Below are positions 45,161 to 55,053 of a stretch of DNA of 64,000 nt, piece by piece. Under the pieces are notes generated by a model. That model was not told the origin of the DNA. It was given only the letters and a program-made list of their open reading frames with translations, and made no database searches. Position numbers and translations under genes: made by a program. Position 1 is the stretch's first letter; each line of letters begins with the position of its first letter. The DNA comes from Opitutales bacterium (GTDB taxonomy: Bacteria; Verrucomicrobiota; Verrucomicrobiia; Opitutales; Oceanipulchritudinaceae): contig JAFGCZ010000001.1 of the NCBI GenBank assembly GCA_016932335.1, positions 49,714 to 113,713 of the forward strand, read 5' to 3'.

Positions 45161-46297
45161 ATGGCTAAAGTGATTATTGCATGCGGCGGTACCGGAGGCC
45201 ATATGGCACCTGGGATTGCCGTAGCTCAGGCACTGCGCAAACAGGATCACCAGTGTCGCTTGCTGGTCAGCCGCAAGCAGGTGGACAACCGTCTGTCCTC
45301 CTCCTATCAGGAGTTGGATTTCCTTCCCATGCCCGGGGCTGCTTTTTCGCTGCATCCGCTCCGGATGGCACGTTTTGCTTGGGCGCAGATCCGCAGCCTG
45401 GTTGCGCACGCCAAACTGATGAAATCCTACAAACCGGATGTTGTTATGGCCTTTGGCGGATTTACCAGTCTTGGGTGTGTGGTTACCGCATGGCTTTGGG
45501 GTGTGCCGGTGGCGCTTCATGAGGCAAACCGAAAACCCGGCAAAGCCACACGTGTTTTGCGTCGTTTTGCCAACCGTATCTACCTGCCGGAGGGCATTCG
45601 CTTGAGGAATCGCCTGCAGAGCAATGTGCTTTATTTGGGATACCCTTTGCGTGAGGCGTTTAGCAAAAGAACCAAGGAATCCGCACGCGAATTGTTGAAT
45701 CTTCCCACTTCAGGCAAGTTGCTCGTGGTTCTGGGCGGAAGCCAGGGAGCAATGGCTTTGAACAATTGGGTGGAGGAGCACTGGAGTAAGCTGGCCGCAG
45801 ACGGGATCAATGTATATTGCATTACCGGACTAAGTAGGGGAGAGGGCGAAGAGCGCACCGCGACTGCACACGATGGAAGCAAATCGCATCTCTGGCTGGT
45901 TCCCTTTACCGATACCATGGAGCTTGTTCTCTCCGCGGCTGATCTGGCCATTTCTCGTGCCGGTGCCGGAAGTATTGCCGAAATGACTCAATGCCTCTTG
46001 CCCTCCATTTTAATTCCTTATCCCTATGCGGCAGATGACCATCAAAGGGCTAATGCATTATTTCTGGAATCTCAGGGCGGTTGCGTTGTTATAGACCAGA
46101 ACAACATCTCCTCTTTGTTGGGAGAGGTTCAGGATATGATTTTTAACGACTGGATGCTTGAGCGCATGCGCGACAATCTGCGCTCTATCCGCCGCGAAGA
46201 TACCACCTCGGACATTGTGCGCGATTTGCTTTCTTTCGCCCGGCACCGCGCTCCCAAAGGGATATTACTCGAGAAAGTTCGTTCCAAAAATAAATGA
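45161..46297 (+). CDS. murG: Lipid II-forming UDP-GlcNAc transferase MurG
   Basis: Motifs are ACGGTGGHMAPG, GGSQGA, SRAGAGSIAE and QRANA. Confidence 0.95.
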   Translation: MAKVIIACGGTGGHMAPGIAVAQALRKQDHQCRLLVSRKQVDNRLSSSYQELDFLPMPGAAFSLHPLRMARFAWAQIRSLVAHAKLMKSYKPDVVMAFGGFTSLGCVVTAWLWGVPVALHEANRKPGKATRVLRRFANRIYLPEGIRLRNRLQSNVLYLGYPLREAFSKRTKESARELLNLPTSGKLLVVLGGSQGAMALNNWVEEHWSKLAADGINVYCITGLSRGEGEERTATAHDGSKSHLWLVPFTDTMELVLSAADLAISRAGAGSIAEMTQCLLPSILIPYPYAADDHQRANALFLESQGGCVVIDQNNISSLLGEVQDMIFNDWMLERMRDNLRSIRREDTTSDIVRDLLSFARHRAPKGILLEKVRSKNK

Positions 46298-48585
46298 TTC
46301 AACCGAAGCACATTTTTATGATCGGCATCGGAGGCATGGGAATGGCTCCTTTGGCGATTTATTTAAAGGAAATGGGGCACTTTGTCTCGGGAACGGATGC
46401 TTCCCTGCGTGAACCGGTGGCAGCTCTTTTTAAAGAGCGCAATATTGCGGTTTCGGATCCTGAGGGTATTCCTGTCGAGACAGACTGGGTTGTTTTTTCC
46501 AGTGCGGTTGCCGAACACCACCCGCTGTTGAGCAATGCCCGCCGCCACGGTTTTGCCTGTTTCCGGCGTGGAGAGCTCCTTGCTCACCTTTCCCGAGAGA
46601 CAAACCTGATCGCCATCTGCGGCAGCCACGGAAAAACATCAACTTCCGGGATGCTGATTACTGCCCTCAAGTCTACCGGATTTCAATTTGATTATGTGTT
46701 GGGTGGTTTGTTTACGGCAAATCAGATGCCCCCGGCTCAGTACAATCAAGCGCCTTGGCTGGTTGCTGAAGTAGATGAGAGCGATGGAACCATAGACCAT
46801 TTCAGTCCGACCATTACGGTAGCACTGAATCTTGACTGGGACCATGCGGATCGCTACCATAGCCACGAAGCTTTACGGCATGCTTTTCAGCAGTTGATCA
46901 ACCGTACTACCCAGGCGGTTCTTTTGCCTCAGGACTCCCAGAAGGAAGTCCATCCACCCGTTCAGGCAGATCTTTTTTCTTTCGGAAAAGAAGGCGATTA
47001 CCGCTACGCTATCGAAAGAGAGGGAAATGGCGAACTCTTGCTGAAACTGAGTGGGTCGTTCCCGTTGCATCAGGCGCACGTAAAAGCTTTGGGCGAATTC
47101 AACGCCGTTAACGCCTGCGCCGCGCTGGCAGTCTGCAATCTGCTGAACTTGCCCATGCACCGACACATGCTTCAGGAATATCCGGGAATTGCCCGCAGAC
47201 AGGAGATTCGCTTTTCTTCGGAGAAGCTTCTGGTGATGGAGGACTACGCCCACCATCCTACAGAGATTGACGCATTATTGAGCCATCTCCGTCGCAACTT
47301 TTCCGACCGGGTCTTGACGGTTGTTTTCCAACCGCACCGCTACTCCAGAACCCTGCAGTTTGCCAAACAGTTTGCCGAAGTTCTCAGTGGAGTAGACCGT
47401 CTGGCCTTGTTACCCGTATATCCGGCTGCGGAAACTCCTGTTAAAGAAGGCCGGACCGAAGCCATCCTCAAGCATTTTTCAGATAGTCAACAACCCTTCT
47501 TAGCAGAAACTCAATCGGAACTCTTTCAGTGGTTAAAGCACAGTCCTTTCCATGCCCGGGAGCTGCTTGTCTTCATTGGCGCAGGAGATATTGAGCGCTC
47601 GGTGGAAGCCTATTGTGCGGGCTTGCAATCGGCATCTCCGGCAAAGCTTTCTCATGATCTCCAGTGGTGGGAGGAATTAAAACATCTGGTCAGCTCGCAG
47701 ACACTCTTGAGTGAGAATGAACCCCTTGCTTCCAAAACAACAATGCGGGTAGGGGGCACGGCCAGCTTTTATTGCGAACCGGTGGATTTGAGAGACCTTT
47801 GCAGCGTGCTGAGGGCTGCCTCCAGAGCCCATATCCCATTCTTTTATTTGGGGCGTGGTTCAAACCTGATCGTTATGGATTCAGGCTTCGACGGGTTGAT
47901 TATTCGCCTTTCCCAGGATAACTGGAAACAAGTCCGTATCCTCAACGAATCTCAGGTCTATGCCGGTGCCGGTGCCCGCCTCAAGCAACTGTGTGCGCAA
48001 ACTGCTGCCGCAGGAATGAGTGGTTTTGAGTTTTTGGAAGGTATTCCGGGTACCGTTGGCGGTTCCCTGCGTATGAATGCCGGAGCGATGGGGCATTGGT
48101 TGTTTGATGTGGTGGAAGAACTCCACCTAGTCACTCCGAAAGGTGAGTTCAGAAAACTCAAGCGGCCGGAGATTCATGCCACCTACCGCAATTGTTCCGA
48201 GCTGAACGAGAATTTTGCCGTGGGAGCCATCCTGCGTGCCGCCAGCAAAGAGCAGGTGGAGCAGATTCGTACACTCATCCAGCAATACAGCGAAAAACGT
48301 AAACAAAGCCAACCGAGAGAACCCAGTGCCGGTTGCATTTTTAAAAACCCCGAAAACGGCCATGCCGGCCGCATGATTGATGAGTCAGGCCTCAAAGGAT
48401 CGTCTGTCGGCGGGGCTTTGGTTTCTCCCGTGCATGCCAATTTTATTGTAAATCAGGGAAACGCTACGGCATCCGATATTATCGATCTGGTCCGGAAAAT
48501 TCGTGAAACCGTTAAGCAGGCCAAAGGCGTTGATCTTGAACCCGAAGTGCGTCTTCTCGGGGCTGAATGGAAAGATGTTCTCTAA
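46294..48585 (+). CDS. murC-murB: Bifunctional MurC-MurB fusion (UDP-MurNAc--L-Ala ligase fused to UDP-GlcNAc-enolpyruvate reductase)
   Basis: The N-terminal ~450 aa carries the MurC motifs GIGGMGMAPLA, CGSHGKTSTS, DESDGT and DYAHHPTEI. The C-terminal ~300 aa carries the MurB motifs TTMRVGGTASFY, GRGSNLIV, GGSLRMNAGA and AGCIFKNP. The whole is one uninterrupted 763-codon frame. Confidence 0.9.
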   Translation: MIQPKHIFMIGIGGMGMAPLAIYLKEMGHFVSGTDASLREPVAALFKERNIAVSDPEGIPVETDWVVFSSAVAEHHPLLSNARRHGFACFRRGELLAHLSRETNLIAICGSHGKTSTSGMLITALKSTGFQFDYVLGGLFTANQMPPAQYNQAPWLVAEVDESDGTIDHFSPTITVALNLDWDHADRYHSHEALRHAFQQLINRTTQAVLLPQDSQKEVHPPVQADLFSFGKEGDYRYAIEREGNGELLLKLSGSFPLHQAHVKALGEFNAVNACAALAVCNLLNLPMHRHMLQEYPGIARRQEIRFSSEKLLVMEDYAHHPTEIDALLSHLRRNFSDRVLTVVFQPHRYSRTLQFAKQFAEVLSGVDRLALLPVYPAAETPVKEGRTEAILKHFSDSQQPFLAETQSELFQWLKHSPFHARELLVFIGAGDIERSVEAYCAGLQSASPAKLSHDLQWWEELKHLVSSQTLLSENEPLASKTTMRVGGTASFYCEPVDLRDLCSVLRAASRAHIPFFYLGRGSNLIVMDSGFDGLIIRLSQDNWKQVRILNESQVYAGAGARLKQLCAQTAAAGMSGFEFLEGIPGTVGGSLRMNAGAMGHWLFDVVEELHLVTPKGEFRKLKRPEIHATYRNCSELNENFAVGAILRAASKEQVEQIRTLIQQYSEKRKQSQPREPSAGCIFKNPENGHAGRMIDESGLKGSSVGGALVSPVHANFIVNQGNATASDIIDLVRKIRETVKQAKGVDLEPEVRLLGAEWKDVL

Positions 48586-49535
48586 TGAATCCTCAGATTG
48601 CAGTTTTAATGGGAGGGGTTTCCTCCGAACGTGAAGTATCACTGAAATCCGGTGCCGCCGTGTTTTCCGCTCTCTTGGAAACATTTCCCGACGCTGTTTT
48701 GATGGATGTTGAAACCCCCGTATTGCCTGCGGATTTGAATCCTCGCAAGCATGTGGTCTTTTCCGTGATGCACGGCACTTTCGGGGAGGACGGCCAGTTT
48801 CAGGAATTGTGTGATCGTGCAGGGGTTCACTACTGCGGTTGCCATGCCGCTTCCAGTCGGCTTTGCATGAATAAGGCGTTGACCAAGGATACCGTATCCG
48901 CAGCCGGTGTTCCGGGGATTCCCGGAATGGTCTATTCTGCTGAGAATCGGCCATCCGCCGAATCAATTGTTCGTGAATTGGGAGATCATGTTGTTTTTAA
49001 GCCGGTGGCCGAAGGCAGCAGCGTAGGGCTTTCGTTTGCCGATACAGTGGAAGCTGTGGCAAACATTTTGGCAACACACGAAAGCGGCGAATGGATCGTG
49101 GAAAAGCGCATCTACGGCCGTGAGCTTACCGTCGGCGTTTTAGGCGGTAATGCCATGGGAGTAGTGGAAATCATCCCCGATAGTGGTGTTTACGACTATG
49201 AGTCTAAATACACTCCTGGAACCACGCGTTATGAGTTTCCGGCTAATCTTTCGGACGCGGTTACGGGGACGCTTCGTTCTTATGCCGAAGCAGCTTTCAA
49301 CGCTGCTCAATGCCGTGACTTTGCCCGTATCGACTTTCTTTTAACCGATGACCAAACCCCCTGGTTCCTCGAAATTAATACGTTACCGGGCCTTACAGCA
49401 ACCAGCCTGCTTCCTAAAAGTGCCTCCTGCGTAGGGATTAACTTTCCCGAATTGGCCTGCCGCATGATTCAACCGGCCATTCAACGCTTTAAACTTCAAC
49501 ACGCTGCTCACGATGTCCAACCGCAAACAACTTGA
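48585..49535 (+). CDS. ddl: D-alanine--D-alanine ligase
   Basis: The protein begins MNPQIAVLMGGVSSEREVSL. Other motifs are HGTFGEDG, KPVAEGSSVG and LEINTLPGLT. The start overlaps the murC-murB stop (TAATG). Confidence 0.9.
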   Translation: MNPQIAVLMGGVSSEREVSLKSGAAVFSALLETFPDAVLMDVETPVLPADLNPRKHVVFSVMHGTFGEDGQFQELCDRAGVHYCGCHAASSRLCMNKALTKDTVSAAGVPGIPGMVYSAENRPSAESIVRELGDHVVFKPVAEGSSVGLSFADTVEAVANILATHESGEWIVEKRIYGRELTVGVLGGNAMGVVEIIPDSGVYDYESKYTPGTTRYEFPANLSDAVTGTLRSYAEAAFNAAQCRDFARIDFLLTDDQTPWFLEINTLPGLTATSLLPKSASCVGINFPELACRMIQPAIQRFKLQHAAHDVQPQTT

Positions 49536-50421
49536 TTGGAGAGACCTTCCTCAGGGGAATCGCAAAAAAACGACTAAAGTGGCCCGCAGGCGCCGATGGT
49601 TGCGTGTCTGCAAAACATCCGGCTTAACCCTGCTGCTTTGCGCCCTTGTCGGTGGATTTGTCTACAGCCTCTACTTTGCCGGGTCCAGCATCCCTCAGAT
49701 GGACGATCTTTCCCGGCACCAGCCGGTGCGTCAGGTGACGTTTATTACCGATGGGGTCTTGGATGAAACCTGGTTGTTCCGGAAAATTGGCCTAACTTCT
49801 CAGACGGATATTTCCTCCATTGATATTCAGGCCATCAAGAATACCCTGGAAAGCGTTGGTCAAATCAAGGAAGCTTCCGTCAGTCGTAACCTGCCTGGGG
49901 AGCTGATCGTTTCTGTTCGTGAGTGCAGCCCAGTGTTGAGAGCTGTTACGGCTGATGATAAGGGGCGCAGAATCCGCCTGCTGATTGCCCGCGATGGTAC
50001 CGTTTTCGAAGGAATCAACTATCCGGCCAAGGCGCTTCGCAGCCTTCCTTATATTGGAGGAGTACGCTTTTCCACAGCGGAAGACGGTTCCATTCTTCCC
50101 ATCAAAGGAATGGATGTGGTCGCAGAACTGTTGGAAACAGCCAGAATCCGCATGCCTGAAATTTACAGTACTTGGACGGTTGTTTCCTGCGATCGTTTTA
50201 GCGGGGATGTTTCCAAGCCAGATGCTTTGATTAAGATCAAGAGCAAGCTCATTGAAGAACTCACCTTTAAGCCGGAGAACTTCGATCTGCAGATAGAACG
50301 GCTTGCAGAAATCATTCAATTTGTTCAAGCTGAGCACAGAACGGATATCCTCAGTATAGATCTCTCTTACGCAGATCAGGCGGTCGTTTCTTACGCTGAC
50401 CCTCGCGGCCCCAGATCCTAG
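49513..50421 (+). CDS. ftsQ: Cell-division protein FtsQ (POTRA-containing)
   Basis: The call rests on position between ddl and ftsA. The N-terminus is basic, and one TM segment is present (GLTLLLCALVGGFVYSLYF). It is followed by a POTRA-like segment (VRQVTFITDG...I..IKNTLES.GQIKEASVSR.LPGELIVSVRE). Confidence 0.75.
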   Translation: MSNRKQLDWRDLPQGNRKKTTKVARRRRWLRVCKTSGLTLLLCALVGGFVYSLYFAGSSIPQMDDLSRHQPVRQVTFITDGVLDETWLFRKIGLTSQTDISSIDIQAIKNTLESVGQIKEASVSRNLPGELIVSVRECSPVLRAVTADDKGRRIRLLIARDGTVFEGINYPAKALRSLPYIGGVRFSTAEDGSILPIKGMDVVAELLETARIRMPEIYSTWTVVSCDRFSGDVSKPDALIKIKSKLIEELTFKPENFDLQIERLAEIIQFVQAEHRTDILSIDLSYADQAVVSYADPRGPRS

Positions 50422-50443
50422 CTGTTTTACTTCCTGCAGACTC

Positions 50444-51661
50444 ATGAGCCAAAAGAAAATTATCGGTGCTGTTGAAATTGGAACAAGTAAAGTTGTTGTT
50501 TTAGTCGGCGAAATACTCGGCCGCAACAGCCTCAACATTATCGGTATGGCTCAAACCACTTCCATGGGCGTGAAGAAAGGGGAAGTCACAAATCTAAAAT
50601 CCGCCAGTGACAGCACCCATACCGCAATTGTTGCTGCAGAAAAGAGTGCCGGAGTCTCTATCGATTCCATTTATCTTTCCTGTTCCGGTAGGCACTTGGA
50701 CGGTTTCAGCACAACGGGAAAGGTCGCCGTATCTTCTTCTGATAATGTAATCAACCGGGCAGACCTTCAGCGTGTTGGAGAAATGGCTAGAACCAAAGCC
50801 CTTCCCCTGCAGCGCGTATATATCCATCATATTCTTGGTGGGTACAAGGTGGATGGGCAACCCACGAAAAATCCCTTGGGTATGGCTGGGGAGCAATTGG
50901 AGGTTCAATACTGGAATGTAAACGCGGATCAGCGCAAAATCTCCGATCAGCTGCATATTATCAACGGTTTTGGTATTAAAGTGGATGACATGATTATCTC
51001 TTCGATTGCTTCTGGATGTGTTGCAGCCTCGGAAGAAGAACGCGATAAAGGAGTTTTGGTAATTGACATCGGCTGTGGCACCACTGATTTCGCAGTTTAT
51101 AAAGATGGTATTATTCTACGGACTGGAGTGATTGGTGTTGGAGGAGACCACATTACCAACGATTTGGCTATTGGGTTGCGCATCAACTACAAGAATGCAG
51201 AAAGCATAAAGCATCGTTTTGGCAAAGCGATTGTCGACAGTTCTGATAAAAACGACACCGTGCTTCTTTTTGGAGACCTGACCATCGGTGACGCTCCCAT
51301 TTCCAGGTCCTCTATCTACAAGATTACCCATGCTCGGGTTGAGGAGCTGTTTAATATCATCCACAACAAACTGGGCAGTCTGATTTCTACGCAAAACCTT
51401 CCAGGAGGAATCATCATCACGGGTGGAAGTGCACGCTTGCCCCATTTGTGTGAGGCTGCTCGCCAAGCATTCAATGTAAATGCCCGTGTGGCTCAAAATC
51501 CTGCTTGGGTGACCAATCCGGAGTTAAAGGCTCCTGAATATAGTACCGTTATCGGATTACTCCAATATGCGATGACTGCCCAGCGGCCGGATTCCGGTGG
51601 TAGGAAGAAAAAGAATACGGGGTGGTTTGGTAAAATGGCAGGTATTTTTGCCGGTAACTAA
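50444..51661 (+). CDS. ftsA: Cell-division protein FtsA
   Basis: Actin-fold motifs are GAVEIGTSKVVVLVGE, DIGCGTTDFAVY and ITGGSARLP. The C-terminal amphipathic helix is GWFGKMAGIFAGN. Confidence 0.9.
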   Translation: MSQKKIIGAVEIGTSKVVVLVGEILGRNSLNIIGMAQTTSMGVKKGEVTNLKSASDSTHTAIVAAEKSAGVSIDSIYLSCSGRHLDGFSTTGKVAVSSSDNVINRADLQRVGEMARTKALPLQRVYIHHILGGYKVDGQPTKNPLGMAGEQLEVQYWNVNADQRKISDQLHIINGFGIKVDDMIISSIASGCVAASEEERDKGVLVIDIGCGTTDFAVYKDGIILRTGVIGVGGDHITNDLAIGLRINYKNAESIKHRFGKAIVDSSDKNDTVLLFGDLTIGDAPISRSSIYKITHARVEELFNIIHNKLGSLISTQNLPGGIIITGGSARLPHLCEAARQAFNVNARVAQNPAWVTNPELKAPEYSTVIGLLQYAMTAQRPDSGGRKKKNTGWFGKMAGIFAGN

Positions 51662-51669
51662 TTTTTCCC

Positions 51670-52905
51670 ATGGACGAGCTTTTTACTAAGAATCCGATTA
51701 CAAAGTCCGAGGCCATTGAGGATCAAGGCATTTCCCTCAAAGTTATTGGAATAGGCGGTGCCGGGACGAATATGGTTGATCGTATCAAGCTGGACAATCT
51801 GGCAGACCTTCACCTTGCGGTGGTCAATACCGACCGCAAAACCTTGGCGGTATCTCCCGTTCAGGAACGGTTGATGATCGGGCGTAAACTCACACGCGGA
51901 CTGTCCGCCGGTGGGGAAACTGAAATCGGGCGTATGGCTGCGGAAGAAAGCAGGGATGAGCTTGCCCGGATGGTGACTGGTGTGGATTTGGTTTTTCTAT
52001 TGGTCGGTTTAGGAGGCGGAACAGGATCCGGTGCTGCTCCTGTGTTGGCTCAAGTTGCCAGAGAAAAAGGTGCCATGGTTATCACCTTTGCCACACTGCC
52101 GTTTCATGGAGAAGGTTCCCGACGCCAGGAGCAGGCAAAGGATGCGCTTTGTGCATTGCGCGATGTTTGCCATGCGGTAATTACGCTGCCAAATGATGTT
52201 CTGATTCGAGAAATCGGTGAAAATGATACCCTGATGGAGGCATTGTCCAAGGCAGACGGATGGATCAGTAAAGGAGTCTCTTCCATTTGGTCTATGCTCT
52301 TTGCTCAGGGGCTTATCAATGTTGATTTTGGAGCCCTTAAGAATGCCTTTCACATTACCGGAGGGAAAACACTTTATGGCTTGGGCTATGGGGAAGGCTA
52401 TAATGCCGTGGAGAATGCTCTGAAGAGTCTGGATCAATGCCCTCTCTTACATCTGCCCGAAAATTATGCATCGCAAAAAGCTGATGTGCTCATTTTGAAT
52501 GTTACCGGAGGCACAGATCTGGGTATGTCTCAAGTGAATCGTATCCTTGATGCTGTGTCGGAAAAATTTTCCAGTAAGGAAAATACCATCCTCAGTGCCG
52601 CGCAGGATGCTTCCATGACTCGGGTGATTTACATTACCGTGATCGGAGTTTCCGATCTCAATGGGAACGGCCCTGCCAGGATTCGTAAGCATACGCCGGC
52701 TGCTGTTCCTGTCATTCATACAGAACAGGCAGAAAAAGAGCTGCGTAAAGCAAGAAAACCTCAGCGTGTCGATCAGGAAGAATTTGCTTTCCCATCGGAT
52801 CGTGACAACCGGGGCCTTTTTGAAGATACTGAGCCCAACGTCTACGATGGCGAAGACTTGGATATTCCCACCTTTCTCAGACGCTCGCTGAAAATTACTT
52901 CTTAA
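51670..52905 (+). CDS. ftsZ: Cell-division GTPase FtsZ
   Basis: Motifs are IGIGGAGTNMV, the tubulin signature GLGGGTGSGAAPV and NVDFGAL. The conserved C-terminal peptide is DIPTFLRR. Confidence 0.95.
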   Translation: MDELFTKNPITKSEAIEDQGISLKVIGIGGAGTNMVDRIKLDNLADLHLAVVNTDRKTLAVSPVQERLMIGRKLTRGLSAGGETEIGRMAAEESRDELARMVTGVDLVFLLVGLGGGTGSGAAPVLAQVAREKGAMVITFATLPFHGEGSRRQEQAKDALCALRDVCHAVITLPNDVLIREIGENDTLMEALSKADGWISKGVSSIWSMLFAQGLINVDFGALKNAFHITGGKTLYGLGYGEGYNAVENALKSLDQCPLLHLPENYASQKADVLILNVTGGTDLGMSQVNRILDAVSEKFSSKENTILSAAQDASMTRVIYITVIGVSDLNGNGPARIRKHTPAAVPVIHTEQAEKELRKARKPQRVDQEEFAFPSDRDNRGLFEDTEPNVYDGEDLDIPTFLRRSLKITS

Positions 52906-52933
52906 GTACTTTCCCGTTTACTTTTTCTGAGAT

Positions 52934-52967
52934 TATACGAAAAGTCGGTGGCTTTTCTTTTCGTATA
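52934..52967 (+). terminator. Perfect 11-bp stem hairpin directly after ftsZ (possible dcw 3' terminator/stabiliser; no T-run)
   Basis: The hairpin is TATACGAAAAG-N12-CTTTTCGTATA. It is followed by CATCAA rather than a U-tract, so intrinsic termination is uncertain. Confidence 0.4.
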
Positions 52968-52983
52968 CATCAATACCACATCG

Positions 52984-54282
52984 ATGCAGAACTTGGAAAC
53001 GGATTTTCGTCGTTTTGAAGCGGAGCGTAAACATTGGCTGGTTCGGAATTACCTGGCTATTGTCTGCGACGGGACTTTTTTTACCAGTGCCATGGCTTTT
53101 GTTCAGGCCGAGAGCATTCTTCCGGGAATGGCTAAAACCCTTGGTGCTTCGGACTGGTTTATTGCCGTGCTGCCGATGTCTCTAATGATGGGGTATTATA
53201 TCTCTCCGCTATTGTTTGTGCACTTTGTGCAAAAGCTCGAACGCCTTCTTCCTTTTGCCTTTCTTTTTGGATTTCTTCAGAGAATACCCTTTTTATTTGC
53301 CGCGGTAGTGCTCTACCTCTGGGGCAATGAGTATCGTGCGGTTGGGATTATCTCTTTGATGGCGGCTCCTTTTTTCTGCGGATTGATTGGCGGAGTAGGA
53401 ATGAGCGCTTGGGTTGGAATGGTCAGTCGATGCCTGCCTGCCAAGCGAAGGGCCTCAAACATGGCGTTACGAGCGTTGCTGGCTTCTTTGCTGGGAATCG
53501 GTGTTGGAGAGGTGGTTAAATATGTGCTGGCTGTTATGCCTGATGCCGAAGGATTTGCTATGCTGCACTTTTTTGCCTTCCTTTTCCTCATGGCTTCGGT
53601 GGCTGGTCTGGGGTTCACCAAAGAGCCGATTCCTCCCCAAGTGAACACCGAGGATGCCGAGACGGAAACCAACGGATTTATAGCAACGCTGAAGCTCATC
53701 CCTCGTTTATTACGCAAGGATCTCCGTTTCCGTTACGCGTTTCTCACCAATTTTACAGGTAACGGCTATATGGTCTTTGTTCCCTTTATTGCCGTGCATG
53801 CGTTGAAAGTTACCGGTCGAGGGGAGGCTTTTCTTGGCTTTTTACTACAAGGGCAGATGGTCGGTATGATTTTGGGTAACGCTCTGGCCGTTTTTGTGGG
53901 GGATCGACTGGGATGTTTTCGAACAATTATTTTAACCCGTATGCTTTTTCTTTCTGTTGCTGTGGCCATTCTCTTTCCTTTGGAAGGGTGGGGGTACTTT
54001 GTTGTCTTTCTCTTTTTTGGGTGTGGAATTGCCGGTAACACTGTGGTCAGTACCACGCTTCCCATGGAGGTCGCCCCTCTCTCCAAGGTGCCTTTATACG
54101 CATCGATGCTTTATACGCTCAATTTGCCGGCATTGTCTTTTGCCGCATTGTTGGCCGTTGTTTCCCGTTTTTTGATGGAGGGGGTTCTCCTTCCGGCAGG
54201 AATAGGTGCTCTTTTGTTAACCGCATCTACGTTTTTCGGGATACGTCTGAGTCGCCTTCCCGATCCTCATAAGACATTCTGA
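52984..54282 (+). CDS. MFS-type transporter
   Basis: About 12 hydrophobic segments are present, with basic loops (RCLPAKRRASN, LLRKDLRFR). The ATG at 52984 is preferred, because the GTG at 52948 lies in the loop of the post-ftsZ hairpin. Confidence 0.75.
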   Translation: MQNLETDFRRFEAERKHWLVRNYLAIVCDGTFFTSAMAFVQAESILPGMAKTLGASDWFIAVLPMSLMMGYYISPLLFVHFVQKLERLLPFAFLFGFLQRIPFLFAAVVLYLWGNEYRAVGIISLMAAPFFCGLIGGVGMSAWVGMVSRCLPAKRRASNMALRALLASLLGIGVGEVVKYVLAVMPDAEGFAMLHFFAFLFLMASVAGLGFTKEPIPPQVNTEDAETETNGFIATLKLIPRLLRKDLRFRYAFLTNFTGNGYMVFVPFIAVHALKVTGRGEAFLGFLLQGQMVGMILGNALAVFVGDRLGCFRTIILTRMLFLSVAVAILFPLEGWGYFVVFLFFGCGIAGNTVVSTTLPMEVAPLSKVPLYASMLYTLNLPALSFAALLAVVSRFLMEGVLLPAGIGALLLTASTFFGIRLSRLPDPHKTF

Positions 54283-54336
54283 TATCGACTTTAGCGTTGT
54301 TCTTTTTCTCGTAGATGATATGCTGCATGCTTGTGT

Positions 54337-55053
54337 ATGAATGTGGATGCATACGGAAATACGGATATAGGTCTTGTACGCGAACGTAATGAAGATGCTC
54401 TGTGGTTGGATGATGAGCATGGCTTTTACGTGGTTGCAGACGGAATAGGCGGGCTTCCAGATGGGAATATCGCCAGCCGTATGGCCGTGAAGCTGTTCCG
54501 CGATCGAATGGATGCTCTGCCCAGCGGAAGCATTCCTGACATTCATCGCCTTTTTGACGAGATCAATCAGGGCGTGGTTAACTATGGTTTTCGCCGATAT
54601 CCTGATTCAGGTATCGGTACTACACTAACGGGAGTTATTCTTGCGCCAGAGCATTTGTGGGTTGGGCATATCGGAGATTGTGTGCTTTTTCGCTGTAGAG
54701 GTGGAGAGCTGGAACAAATTACCACCGAGCATACTATTGCCGAAGAGCTTAAAGGCCATTTCCACGAGCACGAAAATATCGAGTTGCCCGAATATTTCTT
54801 CCATACACTGACCCAGTGTATCGGGCAACAGGAGCATCTCAATACAGAAGTGTTGCAATTAACCATCCGTTCCGGTGATCGCTACATCATTTGCAGCGAC
54901 GGTATCTCCAAATCGATTCCACAGGAGGACATTGGGCTGATCTGTGAACAGGCGGATAATGCCCGCAGCTGTGTTGCCCGCCTCTTGTCGGAGGCTTTAA
55001 ATTATGGAGGCGTAGATAACGCGACTGCTATTTGTCTCTTTGTTTCCTTGTAG
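54337..55053 (+). CDS. PP2C-family serine/threonine protein phosphatase
   Basis: Motifs are GNTDIGLVRERNEDA, VVADGIGG, GTTL, ICSDGI and GGVDNATA. The ATG at 54337 is preferred over the TTG at 54331. Confidence 0.85.
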   Translation: MNVDAYGNTDIGLVRERNEDALWLDDEHGFYVVADGIGGLPDGNIASRMAVKLFRDRMDALPSGSIPDIHRLFDEINQGVVNYGFRRYPDSGIGTTLTGVILAPEHLWVGHIGDCVLFRCRGGELEQITTEHTIAEELKGHFHEHENIELPEYFFHTLTQCIGQQEHLNTEVLQLTIRSGDRYIICSDGISKSIPQEDIGLICEQADNARSCVARLLSEALNYGGVDNATAICLFVSL

